DNA of 64,000 nucleotides from Basidiobolus meristosporus CBS 931.73 (taxonomy: Eukaryota; Fungi; Basidiobolomycota). The stretch lies in contig MCFE01000220.1 in the NCBI GenBank assembly GCA_002104905.1, forward strand, positions 1 to 64,000. The letters are read 5' to 3'. Shown here in pieces: positions 48,318 to 61,077 of this stretch. Position 1 is the first letter of the stretch, and every line of letters begins with the position of its first letter. The translations under genes and the position numbers were made by a program. Under the pieces are notes generated by a model that did not search any database, was not told the DNA's origin, and saw nothing but the letters and a program-made list of their open reading frames with translations.

Positions 48318-49391
48318 AATTAATCTCTATATTATCCACTTTTCTGAACCGGGAGAACTTGGTAAACACGCTTGATAACAGTGTTTTGAAAAACAAAACC
48401 GCACTACCAGTACTGGGTGAAAAAAGGAATGCACTTGGTGCGAAATGCGGAAAAAAAAAAGAAAAATTTCGAAGTTCGTCGCTAGCGGATTTTTTTCAGT
48501 GATCCCTATGTGACAGCGATTTAGGAGAGAAGAAAATCCTCGCATAACTTCGGCCAACTTTCTCACATTAACCACAAACTTAACCGAGATGCCCAGCCGC
48601 CTCAGCGTGATGGTTGATTTCCCTTTTGGTGAAATTGGTACGACGGATGATGCTTGTTTGGGCAGCCGGATTTGTAACTGGCAATATGCATATTTCCCAG
48701 AACTCCTGGATGATTTAATCGAGCTATTGGTGATTCGTTGTTGATATAATGAGCACTGCTAGTTACACAAAAGACTTGGGTCAAAGTATTGCTAACGCCA
48801 GCGTGTTCTAGGTTGATACTTTCCAAATGAGGCATTGGCGACATTATTGGCTTAGACAATCAGCTCACCTCACCCATGCCATCCACGCTCCCATTTGCCG
48901 AACAACTTAATCAACCATCACCAATCCCCGAGCCACCGATTCATCATTGAAAATCCTCGCAAGCGGTTCCTTTGATTGATCGCCTCCACTTGGTGAACCT
49001 TCTCCACGATAGCCAATTCCTCACCTGGCCTATTTTTAGTTGGGCCTTCTTAATTTGTCATATGAAGTGGCCAATAGGGGCGGTGGTTGAGTTTAATATC
49101 TAAATTGCCTGTGAATACTTTTGATTGGCCAGCGCTAATTCGTGAGCAGCCTTATAATTATCATACCAGCTCTCAGGCTTCATTCAGCGTTCGTCTGATT
49201 TAAGCATACAGTCATCAGGGTTCCTTGAGTTGGTTGACAATTTCCTTCGAGAGAACAATTGGTCGAGAACTCAACCTTATCCTCAATCCTCATACGCATC
49301 CTTTATCTTTATCTCACTTCCTGCCAAACCCTCTCGATAGTATCGAGTGTAGATTCCCAACCGTTCCTGTTTATCAGCGAGAGCAAAGGCT

Positions 49392-51710
49392 ATGAGAGTT
49401 CATATTTTGGTTCTAGCAGCGGCAGCAGTAGTTTCACACTCATCCGTTTGGGTGGAGGCCAGCAAGGTTTGCCGAGATGTTCAATGCCTGAAAGGTTTGT
49501 GCTATGTTACGTATATCCTGCTGAAGGCAAGGACTAACCCCTGCCTCTTCGCACAGAGAGCAAAGTGTATTCCCCTCGCCTGGTCAAAAGACAAGAACCC
49601 CCTCCGCCGGAAGCCTCAGGTAGTTTATTTTTACTTTTCTCTTGAATGCAAAGCGGTTCGTAGTGGTATTGTCCTACCTTTTCGTACTAGCCTGTTTTAT
49701 TTGGCCCTTCTGCCAAACCCACTCCACCTCACAAAGCTTATTCAATATCTCAAATTGTCAACGATTCAATTGTAGTGCCCACTTCTGACTCTTTTTCAGA
49801 ACCCACCCCCACAGTATCCCCAGAGCCCACCTCCCCCCCTGCCACCTCAGTAGAAATCTCTGAGACCTTTCGGTCCGCTTCAGAACCAACTTCTCCCCCT
49901 TCTACCTCGAATGCGGTTTCTGAACCATTTCCTCCCACTTCAGAGAATCCTTCAGATTCATTGAATCCTACCTTTGACTCTACCACACCCGAACCTACCT
50001 CTGCTGCTGAATCTCCCAGCGATGCACCTACCTCAATACCCACTTCCCCTTCTGATGTAAACGATACAGGTAATACCTGATATCTTTGAAATATCTGGGT
50101 GCACTGGTGGAAGTTCTTGTGTGGCAATTACTAATTCTTATTAATCAACGTAGGGTCTCCCGCACCAACCTCAGCGCCCTCGCAATCGGAGGGTCTTCCG
50201 CCCACATCCTCTGAGTTTCCTCCAACCTCTGAAGTGCCGCCTCCAGTATCTAGCCCAACAGTTCCCCCAACGTCTGAAGTGCCGCCTCCGACCTCTACTC
50301 CCCCACCAACTTCGGAGGCTCCACCACCAACCTCTGAGGTGCCTCCCCCTACATCTACCCCACCCCCTCAACCTACCTCAGAAAATCCTCTCCCTACATC
50401 CAGCACACCTCCCCCGGAGACTACTCCGACACCTCCACCAACCTCCGATGTACCACCACCAACCTCCGATGTACCGCCACCGACCTCTGATGTACCGCCA
50501 CCAACCTCAGATAGTATTCCTGCTACTTCACCAACCACTCCACCAGTTAACCCAACAACTCCTGGTAGTCTCAGCCCAACCTCCTCTTCAGGATCGGTTG
50601 ACCCTACTCTACCACCAGTAAATCCTGATGATGGTAAGAAAGAGTCTGGGGGCAGCAATACCGGAGCCATTGTTGGCGGAGTGGTGGGCGGTATCGCATT
50701 CATTGCGGCCATAGCCGGCTTTATAGGATATAGATATTATCAGAAGAAGAAGCAGTTTGCTGACATGAACTTCGATTTCGATGATATTGCCATGTCATCC
50801 CCGCCACCAACCACTGGACCCACCGGAGGAGCCCGATTCAACGCAGTCAATTCCACTTCTCCATCGTTCTCTCATAACTCCAGAGATTTCGGAACCGGGG
50901 CAGCAATTGGTGCCGGAGCAGCCGCAGCTGCAGGGGCGATGGTCAGACCACAGGAGTCTCAGCGTCCACCATCTCCAAACGACTACCATTCCAATCCAAG
51001 AACAAGACAGGACTATACCCATTCTCAAGTTAGCTCGCAACCCAGCTTTGTTAGCACTGACGCTTTTATTGCGTCCAACGCTGATCACAACCAGCGTAGC
51101 CGTTATTCTCCAGAGCGCCCATCTAACCAACACCATAACGTTGCCCCCACTCCTTATGAAAGACCTAACCAATACCATGACTCCGAGTATAGCAGCATGC
51201 CAACGCCCAGCCACCAGGATCGTGGTGACTTTGTCGCCCCACTGCCGGCCGTTCGCCCTGACAGTAATAGATTGGCACCTGGCTTAGCAAGGGATAGCAC
51301 GCTCAGAAGCAGCGTTACCTCGTCAAGTGCTGGCCCTGGAATCAACGAGGCGGATCTAGAAGGTAAGCGATGGATTCTCCATATATAGAAGATTCATCCT
51401 AATGGATTGTGACAACACAGAAACGGTGATTGTTGGATTTGACAGAAACCAAGGAAACCGATCCAACACTAGCCTAAGTAATCATAGCGCGGAGTTGAAC
51501 TCCAGCGGGTCTGATCACCCACTCTTTTCCATGACAGCCATTGAGCCCTACATGCCTGAGAGACCGAACGAATTGCTGGTTCAGCCGGACGATGAGTTGA
51601 TCATCACCGAGGAAGTAGGGGACCAGTGGTTCATCGGATACAACCGCACTAGAAATCCCGACGTCAAGGGATACTTCCCGCGTAACTGTGTTGTTGGTGG
51701 ATACTACTGA
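49392..51710 (+). CDS. Mucin-like single-pass membrane protein with C-terminal SH3 domain (Fus1/Mid2-like architecture), multi-exon
   Basis: Signal peptide, P/S/T-rich PPTSEVP repeats, TM segment GAIVGGVVGGIAFIAAIAGFIG, and SH3 (EPYMPERPNEL..DQWFIG..KGYFPRNCV). Confidence 0.82.
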
Positions 51711-52033
51711 TTTCTGAGAAATAACCGCCCGCCAGGCAATGTACTAGTATGAATCATTTATACAACTCACCCACCAGGCTGTGCATCAGTATGATTTATT
51801 TATATATGGAAATGCCTACATCCGCCATAGCACATTCAATCCATGTCATTCTACCTTAATACACCTAGTCTAAATTTTGATTCTAATAATAAAGTCCATT
51901 TGCTCAGTGAGTGTATTGGTCATTTGTTCAGTGAATGTATTGCTCAGATGATATGGGGATATGATACAGGCCGATTTGCATGGAACATTCGGTGGTTGGT
52001 GGTTTTTTTTGACTTACTGATTAGGGTAATTAT

Positions 52034-52675
52034 TTACATCTGCCCATCGGATTCTTCCGAGCATCGAGACATCGTTTCTGAGCCAGAGTCCTTCATCAGG
52101 TCCTTGGAAAAGTAGTACGAATGGTGGTCGTGGATGGCTCGCTCCACAAGAAGCTTGATCTCGTAGGAGCACCCCAGCGTCAGCCCTTCGGTGCGAAGCG
52201 TCGCCTCCCAGTTGGCAAAGCCGGCCTTCATCCTCTTCCAGTCCGACTTGCTGAAGTTGATGTCCGGGTTGGCCTCCTTGTGGTGGTCAATGAGAAAGGC
52301 CTTCCAGCGCTCGCCCACTTTCTTGGGGAGCACCGACCGCTTCATCTGATAGATCCCCTTGCTTGACCAGACCTGGAAGTAGCGTGAGGGGTCGTTGAGG
52401 TTGAACCGAATCATGTGTTCGGTCAGGGACTCGGTGATTGCGCTGAGGAGATAGTATCTCTGGCGTAGGGTGATCGAGTTGGAGTCTAGCTGCTCATACC
52501 AGTAGACCACTTGGTCGAAGCATTTGGTGCTTGGATAGGCTCTGTCGAGGCTCTGGGAAGTGAAGACGATCTGGTTGTAGACATCGTCGTGACGAGAGCT
52601 GGCCTTGAGGAGGGTAAGCTCCAGTTCTTCACGGGACATCCTTGACACCTGGTTCAATATCTGTTGGTTCAGCAT
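52034..52675 (-). CDS. Uncharacterised protein, left arm of a head-to-head inverted pair
   Basis: 213-aa ORF with strong GC3 bias and an upstream TATA; near-identical to 53234-53899. Confidence 0.75.
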   Translation of the reverse strand: MLNQQILNQVSRMSREELELTLLKASSRHDDVYNQIVFTSQSLDRAYPSTKCFDQVVYWYEQLDSNSITLRQRYYLLSAITESLTEHMIRFNLNDPSRYFQVWSSKGIYQMKRSVLPKKVGERWKAFLIDHHKEANPDINFSKSDWKRMKAGFANWEATLRTEGLTLGCSYEIKLLVERAIHDHHSYYFSKDLMKDSGSETMSRCSEESDGQM

Positions 52676-53233
52676 TTCGTAAAGTAGAAGGCATAAGTGA
52701 AGGTGATACGTTGCACATTGATCGGTATTTATAGGTGAGATGACAGATCAGTACCCAAAATAGGAAGAACCCTATTGTCCATGTGTGAAGTCGCTTGCAT
52801 GCACCTCCCTTGAACACTACCGACAAGCTAGCTAAATCGGAGTAACTTGCTATTTCGAACGAATGATTCTAGAAAACGAAGACCAATCAGGACGATGGAG
52901 CGGTTGTAAGTTCAAGCCAAGCATCATTAGGGCGGTGAATCCAAAGCGAAGCATCCAAATAATCACTCTCTGATACCATGCAAGATCTCCGCCGGTTTGG
53001 TTTAATGAAAATCGGACTTTAGATATACCTGTGGGTCAGCTACCCAAGCGGTTGGGGCTAATCTCCTAGGCTAATCTCTAAAATAGATAGAATGAACAAT
53101 GTTCCATAAATGCTCATTATATCAACGAGAGAAAGGAAATGCCCTAATAATGTGGAATTCTCCTTGGTCCATTGTGAGCATTCGTATATATGCCTAGGCG
53201 CTCCCCGTGCCTATCAAATTGTCCAGTAAAAAA

Positions 53234-53899
53234 ATGCTTAATCCGCAGATTATGAACCAGGTGTCAAGGATGTCCCGTGAAGAACTGGAGCTTACCCTCC
53301 TCAAGGCCAGCTCTCGTCACGACGATGTCTACAACCAGATCGTCTTCACTTCCCAGAGCCTCGACAGAGCCTATCCAAGCACCAAATGCTTCGACCAAGT
53401 GGTCTACTGGTATGAGCAGCTAGACTCCAACTCGATCACCCTACGCCAGAGATACTATCTCCTCAGCGCAATCACCGAGTCCCTGACCGAACACATGATT
53501 CGGTTCAACCTCAACGACCCCTCACGCTACTTCCAGGTCTGGTCAAGCAAGGGGATCTATCAGATGAAGCGGTCGGTGCTCCCCAAGAAAGTGGGCGAGC
53601 GCTGGAAGGCCTTTCTCATTGACCACCACAAGGAGGCCAACCCGGACATCAACTTCAGCAAGTCGGACTGGAAGAGGATGAAGGCCGGCTTTGCCAACTG
53701 GGAGGCGACGCTTCGCACCGAAGGGCTGACGCTGGGATGCTCCTACGAGATCAAGCTTCTTGTGGAGCGAGCCATCCACAACCACCATTCGTACTACTTT
53801 TCCAAGGACCTGATGAAGGACTCTGGCTCAGAAACGATGTCTCGATGCTCGGAAGAATCAGAACCGATCTCGGACGGCCAGTCTGACATAGCGATTTAG
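53234..53899 (+). CDS. Uncharacterised protein, right arm of a head-to-head inverted pair
   Basis: Near-identical to 52034-52675 except for the first and last codons. Confidence 0.75.
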   Translation: MLNPQIMNQVSRMSREELELTLLKASSRHDDVYNQIVFTSQSLDRAYPSTKCFDQVVYWYEQLDSNSITLRQRYYLLSAITESLTEHMIRFNLNDPSRYFQVWSSKGIYQMKRSVLPKKVGERWKAFLIDHHKEANPDINFSKSDWKRMKAGFANWEATLRTEGLTLGCSYEIKLLVERAIHNHHSYYFSKDLMKDSGSETMSRCSEESEPISDGQSDIAI

Positions 53900-54399
53900 C
53901 TCGATTTATGAAAGTAAATTTGTCATGGACCTGTAACCTTGATCTCAACCGTAACCGTAACCGTAACCATAACCACCGACCTGTCCGTAACAACCCTTTC
54001 ACACAACGAGTACCTTCCCCATCAATCTACCCTATCCTCCATCGAGGGATTCCCATATTTGGGGAAGAGGACCCATTCCGATCAGTTCTCTAGATGTAAA
54101 CATTCCCAAACCGAGTTCCCTCGAAGTTCCTCAATCACAAAGAGGATTCCTGTTTCGGAGAAACTTGGCGCACGATAGAATTCTCCACCCGTTTAGCTTC
54201 CAGGCGATCGTTATCAGTGAACGACGCCGGTTCCACGATCGAACTTTCCTCGCCCATATGATAAAATCCCCACCGAAATGAGTATTCCTGATATTATGCG
54301 TTTATTGATGTGGTTCAAATAACAACCAATTTGAGGGAATATGGATTAGAGGTGGGTTCATGGGAGGTGAATATGAAATGGGTGCTATGCATAGTTCGT

Positions 54400-55905
54400 T
54401 TAAATGACCAAAATGGATGCGACGAATGCCAGGGCAGAAGAGGCGAGCAATGAGACGCCCACGGAAACACCAGAGCCGGTAGGGTTGGTGAGCTTGTCAC
54501 CATCGGCGAGGCATTGGGTGGCATAGCTCTGGAGTGGAGCTTTGCTATCCTTGCAGGTGGTGTCAGCGTATTTGGTGGAGACGTTGTCGGCGAGATTACG
54601 GAACCACTTGAAGCTGTAGTCCTTGGTGAGTCCGGTGTGCATTGCGTTACCAACATCCTCAAGAGCAGCGTCCTGCATGAGAACACCACTGGACAACCAA
54701 TCCATACCACCGGATTTGCTCTGAAGGAGGTCATAACGGTAGACCTTCTTGTTCTTCAGGAACTTGAGATCGGCATCGGCGGCAAAGCCGTAGTATTTGC
54801 GGAAGCTCTCAATGTCGGTAACACCACTGAAGGACTCATCGACAAGAACATCAGCTTGCTTCAATGCTTCCTGGAAGGGCTTGACATCTTTGAAGGTGAT
54901 GGTAGTGGTGGCTGGGGTTTCGGCACCAGCAGTCTCAGCAAGAATCTTGCCACCAGCATCTTCAACCAGTTGTTTCTTATAATCGGCCACAGAAAGAGTC
55001 CAACTTTGAGTGTTGTTGTTGTATTGAGAAGGGGCAGAATAACTGGCCCAAGCAAACACAGGCTTGGTGTCTTTGGACAGGGCGGATGACTTCTTGGCAA
55101 TGCAGTTGTAATTGTTGTTGATATCGGCGGTGAGCTTATTGGCTTGATCCTCGTAGTTGAAGAAAGTGGAGTAGAATTCGAGCCATTCTACACGATTCAG
55201 GGTTCCAGGATCCTGGGATTCGCTGGTTGAAACAGATTTCGCATTCAATTCTGCGTTGTCAGGGAAACTACCCTGGAAGATGACATCAACGTTGCTTAGT
55301 ATCTGGGTAGTTCCGTTTTTATCTTCGGCATTGATGGACAGGGTCTTCTTGGAATCAAGATTTTGCACAACACATGGGGAAGTGATGGCTTCCTCGTACT
55401 CGACGGCAGCAATTTTGTCGCGAAGACCAAGCATCTAAGGGAATGAAAGCCAGGTTTAGCAAAGCAACCCAAAGGGAACTAGAGAATCCAGAATATCTTA
55501 CGTCAAGATAGGGAACAGCGGTGGTAAGATAGGTGGCAACCGATTTGACAGGAACCTCGACGAACTTATCGCTAGTGGCGTTTACTGCGGCGGGCTTGGC
55601 GGTTCCTCTTTGATAGAGGATGTATCCTTGCTTTTGCGCCAAATTGACCAAGTACTTGTATGACTTGTGATATTCAATGGACCACAAGGCGGAGGAATCC
55701 ACTAAACAAACAAACCGTTAGCCATTGAAACTTTGTAGCGCTACCCGAAAGTCAACTCACCATGAACCTTCTTAGGGAACCAGTCTTGGTCCTTGGAAGC
55801 GTCAACGCTGACAGCAGGGTCAACGATGTTGGCGTCCTGGGCCAGGGCGCATGATACCAATGTAGAAGCAGTGAAGAACAAAACTAATGAGCGAAGAGGG
55901 GCCAT
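54400..55905 (-). CDS. Secreted, probably GPI-anchored periplasmic-binding-protein-like protein (BtuF/CBA1-like), multi-exon
   Basis: Signal peptide; WSIEYHKSYKYLVN, VPVKSVATYLTTAVPYLDMLG, RVEWLEFYSTFFNYE..AN and GGMDW; hydrophobic C-terminus after SGVS. Confidence 0.72.
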
Positions 55906-56483
55906 TGTAAGCTTGAATGATGATGAACAAACTTCGGGAATCCTGGACTTAAATACCTATGCGGTTCCACAACCCGTAAGCCAATGGGTTTCCTGTGATA
56001 CATTGACCTTAAAACCGAGCATATTGGTCGACGGACGCCGACACAATTGAATTAATGAAGATAAACTAATCTCAAGAATAGTGATTCATGGCACTCCCTT
56101 TGGTCCATTATGCTTAACACGATTACCATTATAAGGTTACGAATATACAGTTTCCTTACTGTCTCATATGTACATATATATACATCGTCTATACTTCTAG
56201 CGGTGCTCTCCTAGGATCATCACGGTGGTGGAATTCCACTTGTGTGAGAATCAGACCAGAAAAAAATCCTTCCGGTTCCTTGATTGAAGATCCACTGAGT
56301 ACCGAATTTCCATATCAAGCCTAACGACTGTCGCATCCGGCAATGATGAGATCCAGTTCTGAGCAATGGACTCATCGATTCACGACCATTGCCATGCCCT
56401 ATGTGGAGTGCCACAAATTCATTCCACCATGAGGATGAAGATTTTGCGTTTGTTGTTGTTGTCCAAGTGTTTCTGTATCATCC

Positions 56484-57870
56484 ATGGCTGCAACCCAAGA
56501 ACAAATCCAGCAGTGTCGCCAGGTGTTTGCCAGGGCCCTAAAAAGGGCTGGCCAGAGTGACTGCATGCTGCTATCCGGAGGCTTGGACACCTGCCTTTTG
56601 GCCGAGTATTCACAGGAGTTGGGGGATATGCTTGGCCTGAAAGCTGGTGTCACAGTCAAGGTAACTAAAGCTTAGGCATTTTTTCAAATGCGCGGAGATC
56701 TCAACGAGCGCTTCCTCGATGACAAGCTTGCGACGAGGCAACTGACTACGCGTACGCCGAGAAGATCGCCAAGAAATGTAACTTGAAGTACCATCTCGTC
56801 GAGACGACCTTGGAGCAACTCCTCGAGGAGATGGAGTTCTGTGTAAAGGTGTTCAAGAGTTTCGACCCGATGCAACTGAGGAACAACGTGGTTATCGCTC
56901 GTGCCATGATGGAGGCCAAGCGACTGGGATACGAGTCGGTCTGCACAGGTACGAATGCGCGCAGGACACACGAAGCTCCTCTTTGTTTCCTAACCACCAG
57001 CTTTCTAAGGGGATGGCGCTGATGAGCTATTTGGCGGGTACAGCTTCATGATAAAGATGGAGAGCCCGGACTTCGAGAAGTACAGTGACCACATGGCCAA
57101 TGTGATGAGTTTCTCTGCGGGACCTCTGGCCAAAGAGCTCGGCCTAAAGCTTAGCCAACCATTTTTGGACCCCGAAGTGATTGAATTCTCAAGAACTTTA
57201 AATAGAGTAATATAATGCACCCTAATGCCATCCAATGGCCCTAGAATTCGATTGGATTAATCCTTTCGTCGAGTAGGCGGTCAAAGTGGGCATCCACGAC
57301 GATTTTCAACATGGGAAATTCATCTTACGTCAGGCGTTCCCGGATATGGTCTCAGTCTGGCGAGTGAAGGAGCCCATCGAAGGTAGCCACCAGAGAGTTG
57401 CCCCTATTCCCACCAGATCCTAACCCCGATTGCCTTGCTAGTCGGTTCCGGATCCACCACTCTGCCCCAGTATCTCCAAGAACGCATCGATCCTGAAGAC
57501 CTCGCGCGCCAGCAAAAGGAGATTCTGGAGCAAGATAGAATCAATATCCGTGACGCAGAGCACCTGGCCTATTACAGGTATTTCATTGGTACTGCTCCCG
57601 TTTGGGGTTGTCCTCTCACTCACTCCGATCGCCCCTCAGGATCTTCAAGAGAGTGTTTGGTGACCAGTGCCCTACTCCACGCTTCCAGGACGATCCATGC
57701 ATCCAGTGCGGATATCAGATTGCATCCAAAGACAAGAACTTCTGTTATACTTGTGGCCAATGGTACTATTTCCCCTACTGCCGCTACTATTTCCTCTACT
57801 ACCTAGGCCTTTCCGAATGTACTAACCCTATGAAACCTCCAGGCCAGCCAGATCATCCACCAGTCAGTAG
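56484..57870 (+). CDS. Stand-alone asparagine-synthase C-terminal (PP-loop) domain protein with C-terminal CxxC..CxxC, multi-exon
   Basis: LLSGGLDT, TGDGADELFGGYSF, PFLDPEVIEFS, GKFILRQAF and CIQCG..FCYTCGQWP; no N-terminal glutaminase domain. Confidence 0.75.
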
Positions 57871-58089
57871 CCTACCCATTGTTCCATCCGTTCTGGTTTC
57901 CTTTGTTCCAGATCACATAGTTCGTGTACGATTCATCCATCCAATCATCCCGATTGTTTGGGTAATATCAATAACAATAAAATTCCCAATCATAAACATA
58001 AACATTGTACGAAGTACAAAGGTATCCGCTTTACCTTGTAGAGAAAACGTTCTTTCCCCCCTTCGTTCTCTTATTAGTATTCGATCATT

Positions 58090-60914
58090 ATGGATGGTCT
58101 TCCTTCAACACCAGGTGCTCTCCCCTCCACTCCCGGAATACTTCCTTCCACCCCCGGGCCCATCCCTTCAACTCCCGGACATCTTCCTTCCACCCCCGGT
58201 GCCGAGTACAACTTCCTAGGCTCAACCTTGGAACATGAAAATGAGATGGACCACAGAGAGCTTTCGGAGCGCCCCAAGCGCCGTCCCAATCAGGTCAACG
58301 CCGACAGTGTTCCCAAGGTAGATGACACCGCCGCCGCCGCCTCGCGAGAGGAGTTCGAAAAGTTCCTTGAACAGTAAGCCTCCTTTCACTTCAGCCTCCA
58401 TAAACCCCTTCCCACGTTAACCGTTCGTTCAAAGCTTCACCGAAGAGAACCCCGAAGATGGCCAGGTGTTCAGACCTTACATTGAACAGATTCAACAATT
58501 ACGTACCGAGGAGTTGCACACCATCTACGTTGACTACCAACATATCCTTGAATACAACGACGTGCTGGCCAATGCCGTGGCCCTGCATTACTATAGGTAA
58601 GTGCCATGTTCTCCCCATCGGGTACTCTAGCCTTCGTTGTTGCTTACAATCCCCCGTTTCCTCCGAAAGATTCGAACCTTACCTGCGCAAAGCCATTCAA
58701 AACCTCGTGCGCAAATACATCCCATCCTACCTTTACCTCAATTCCTCCAACGTCCCCACCAGCGGAACATCCGGAAACCAGCGTGAATTCCAGGTGGCCT
58801 TCTACAACTTGCCCGCGGTGAGCCGAGTACGTGAGCTCCGTACCGACAAGATTGGCCAGCTGATGTGTGTGAGCGGTACCGTCACTCGTACCAGTGAGGT
58901 TAGACCGGAACTCGTGTACGGTACCTTCACTTGCGACGACTGTTTCACCTTGGTGCGTGGTGTCCTCCAGCAGTTCAAGTATACGGAGCCCTCCATCTGC
59001 CAGAATCCCACCTGCCAAAACAGAAGTAGCTGGACTCTCAACCTCGACCAATCGAAGTTCATCGATTGGCAAAAGGTTCGAGTCCAAGAAAACGCCAATG
59101 AGATCCCCACCGGAAGCATGCCTAGAAGCGTGGAGGTGATCTTGCGTGGGGAGACGGTGGAGCGTGCTAAAGCCGGTGACAAGGCAGTATTCACCGGATG
59201 CCTCATTGTGGTGCCAGATGTTGGCCAACTCGGCACCACCGGTACCCGAGTGGAAGCTCACCGAGATACCAAGGAATTCGGTAGATCCAAAGAGGGTTTC
59301 GCCAATGAAGGAGTCTCCGGGTTGAAAGCCCTCGGTGTACGTGAGTTGACCTACAAATTGGCCTTCTTGGCCTGTTCCGTGGAATCCGCCGATAACAAAT
59401 CCGGAATTCGTAATGTCAAAGGAGATAGCGAGGATGCCGAAGAAGATCAGTCGGTCCTCTTGAGCCAATTCACCCAAGAAGAGATCAACGATCTGCGTAA
59501 CATGGCCTCCATGAGCAATGTCATCTACAGCAAGCTGGTCAACAGCATCGCCCCGACCGTGTTCGGCCACGAAGAGGTCAAGAAAGGCATTCTGCTGCAG
59601 TTGATGGGCGGTGTTCACAAAACCACCGCCGAGGGGATGAATCTTCGTGGGGACATCAACGTGTGCCTCGTAGGTGATCCCAGTACCAGCAAATCACAGT
59701 TCTTGAAGTACGTTTGCAGCTTCCTCCCCCGCGCTATATTTACTTCTGGTAAGGCTTCTAGTGCGGCCGGTTTGACCGCGTCGGTGACCAAGGACGAGGA
59801 AACCGGTGATTTTACCATCGAGGCTGGTGCGCTCATGCTGGCCGACAATGGTATCTGCGCCATCGACGAGTTCGACAAGATGGACGTTGCCGACCAGGTA
59901 GCTATCCACGAAGCCATGGAACAGCAAACCATTTCCATCGCCAAAGCGGGCATCCACGCCACCCTTAACGCGCGGGCGTCCATTCTGGCCGCTGCCAACC
60001 CGGTCGCCGGTCGATATGACAAGAAGATGACCCTTCGACAGAACATCAACATGTCCCCGCCCATTATGTCCCGTTTCGATCTGTTCTTCGTGATCCTGGA
60101 TGAATGCAACGAGACCACCGATTACAATCTTGCCCGGCATATCGTCAACGTGCACCGGTTCAAGGACGAGGCGTTGGAGCCGGAGTTCTCGACCGCACAG
60201 CTCCAAAGATACATCCGTTTCGCCCGCACCTTGAAGCCTAAGCTGACCCACGAGTCATCCAAACTGTTGTGGCAGAAGTATTGCGACCTTCGTTTGGCTG
60301 ACGCGAGCGGGCTCAGCAATAACTCGTACCGCATCACCGTCAGACAGCTCGAGAGCATGATCCGTTTGTCCGAGGCCTTGGCCAGAGTCCACTGTGACGA
60401 GGAGATCGGTACGAAGTACGTAAGAGAGGCGCATCGTCTGCTGCGTCAATCGATCATTCACGTTGAAACGGACGACACCGTGCTCGAGGATGAATCCGAG
60501 GAGCAGGAGAAGCCCATCTCCTCCATGGACATGATGGAGGAGAGCGAGGAGATGTCCGCCGACCGTACCGACGACTCTTCCCAGATCCCCGAGAAGAAGA
60601 AGATCGCCATCTCTCGTGACCATTTCAACGCCATCCGCAACATGCTTGTCCTTAAGTTGCGCCAGGTGGAGAATGATGACAACGACACCCCCATGACCAG
60701 AGGTCAGCTGATACAATGGTATCTTGAGCAGAAGGAAGACGAGATCGCGACCGAGGCGGAATTGGTCGCCGAGCAGAAGCTGGTCCACCAGGTGATCAAG
60801 AGTCTCATCACCAAGGAGAACGTGTTACTGGAAATCAAACCACCCAACTGGGTCGAGGGACAATCCTCGGAGAACGTCTACATCAGTGTTCATCCCAACT
60901 TCGTTCTCTTCTAA
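58090..60914 (+). CDS. MCM6: DNA replication licensing factor Mcm6
   Basis: GTVTRTSEVRPEL, CQNPTC zinc finger, GDPSTSKSQFL Walker A, IDEFDKM, SRFDL arginine finger and a winged-helix C-terminus. Confidence 0.97.
58099..58200 (+). repeat. Five 21-nt repeats encoding (L/I)PSTPGx at the Mcm6 N-terminus
   Basis: LPSTPGA LPSTPGI LPSTPGP IPSTPGH LPSTPG. Confidence 0.9.
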
Positions 60915-61077
60915 ATCCCCCCGCCTCCTCGACCACTATCGCTTTCCCTGATACATAGATGACTAGCGAACCCCTCCCCCCATTTATTTTCGGAATCATC
61001 CGTGTTGGTTTACATTTCTCTTGTGTATATATTTCAAATAAATCGTAGCTCAACCGAAACCTAACCTAGCGCTCACC

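Noticed and set aside
53949-53975. (ACCGTA)n microsatellite downstream of the right palindrome arm
   Set aside because: Short slippage repeat in a 3' region with no further structure.
58644-60788. Long antisense ORFs over MCM6 (also over the LRR and 54.4-55.4 kb genes)
   Set aside because: Expected from strong codon bias on the sense strand; no domain signal.
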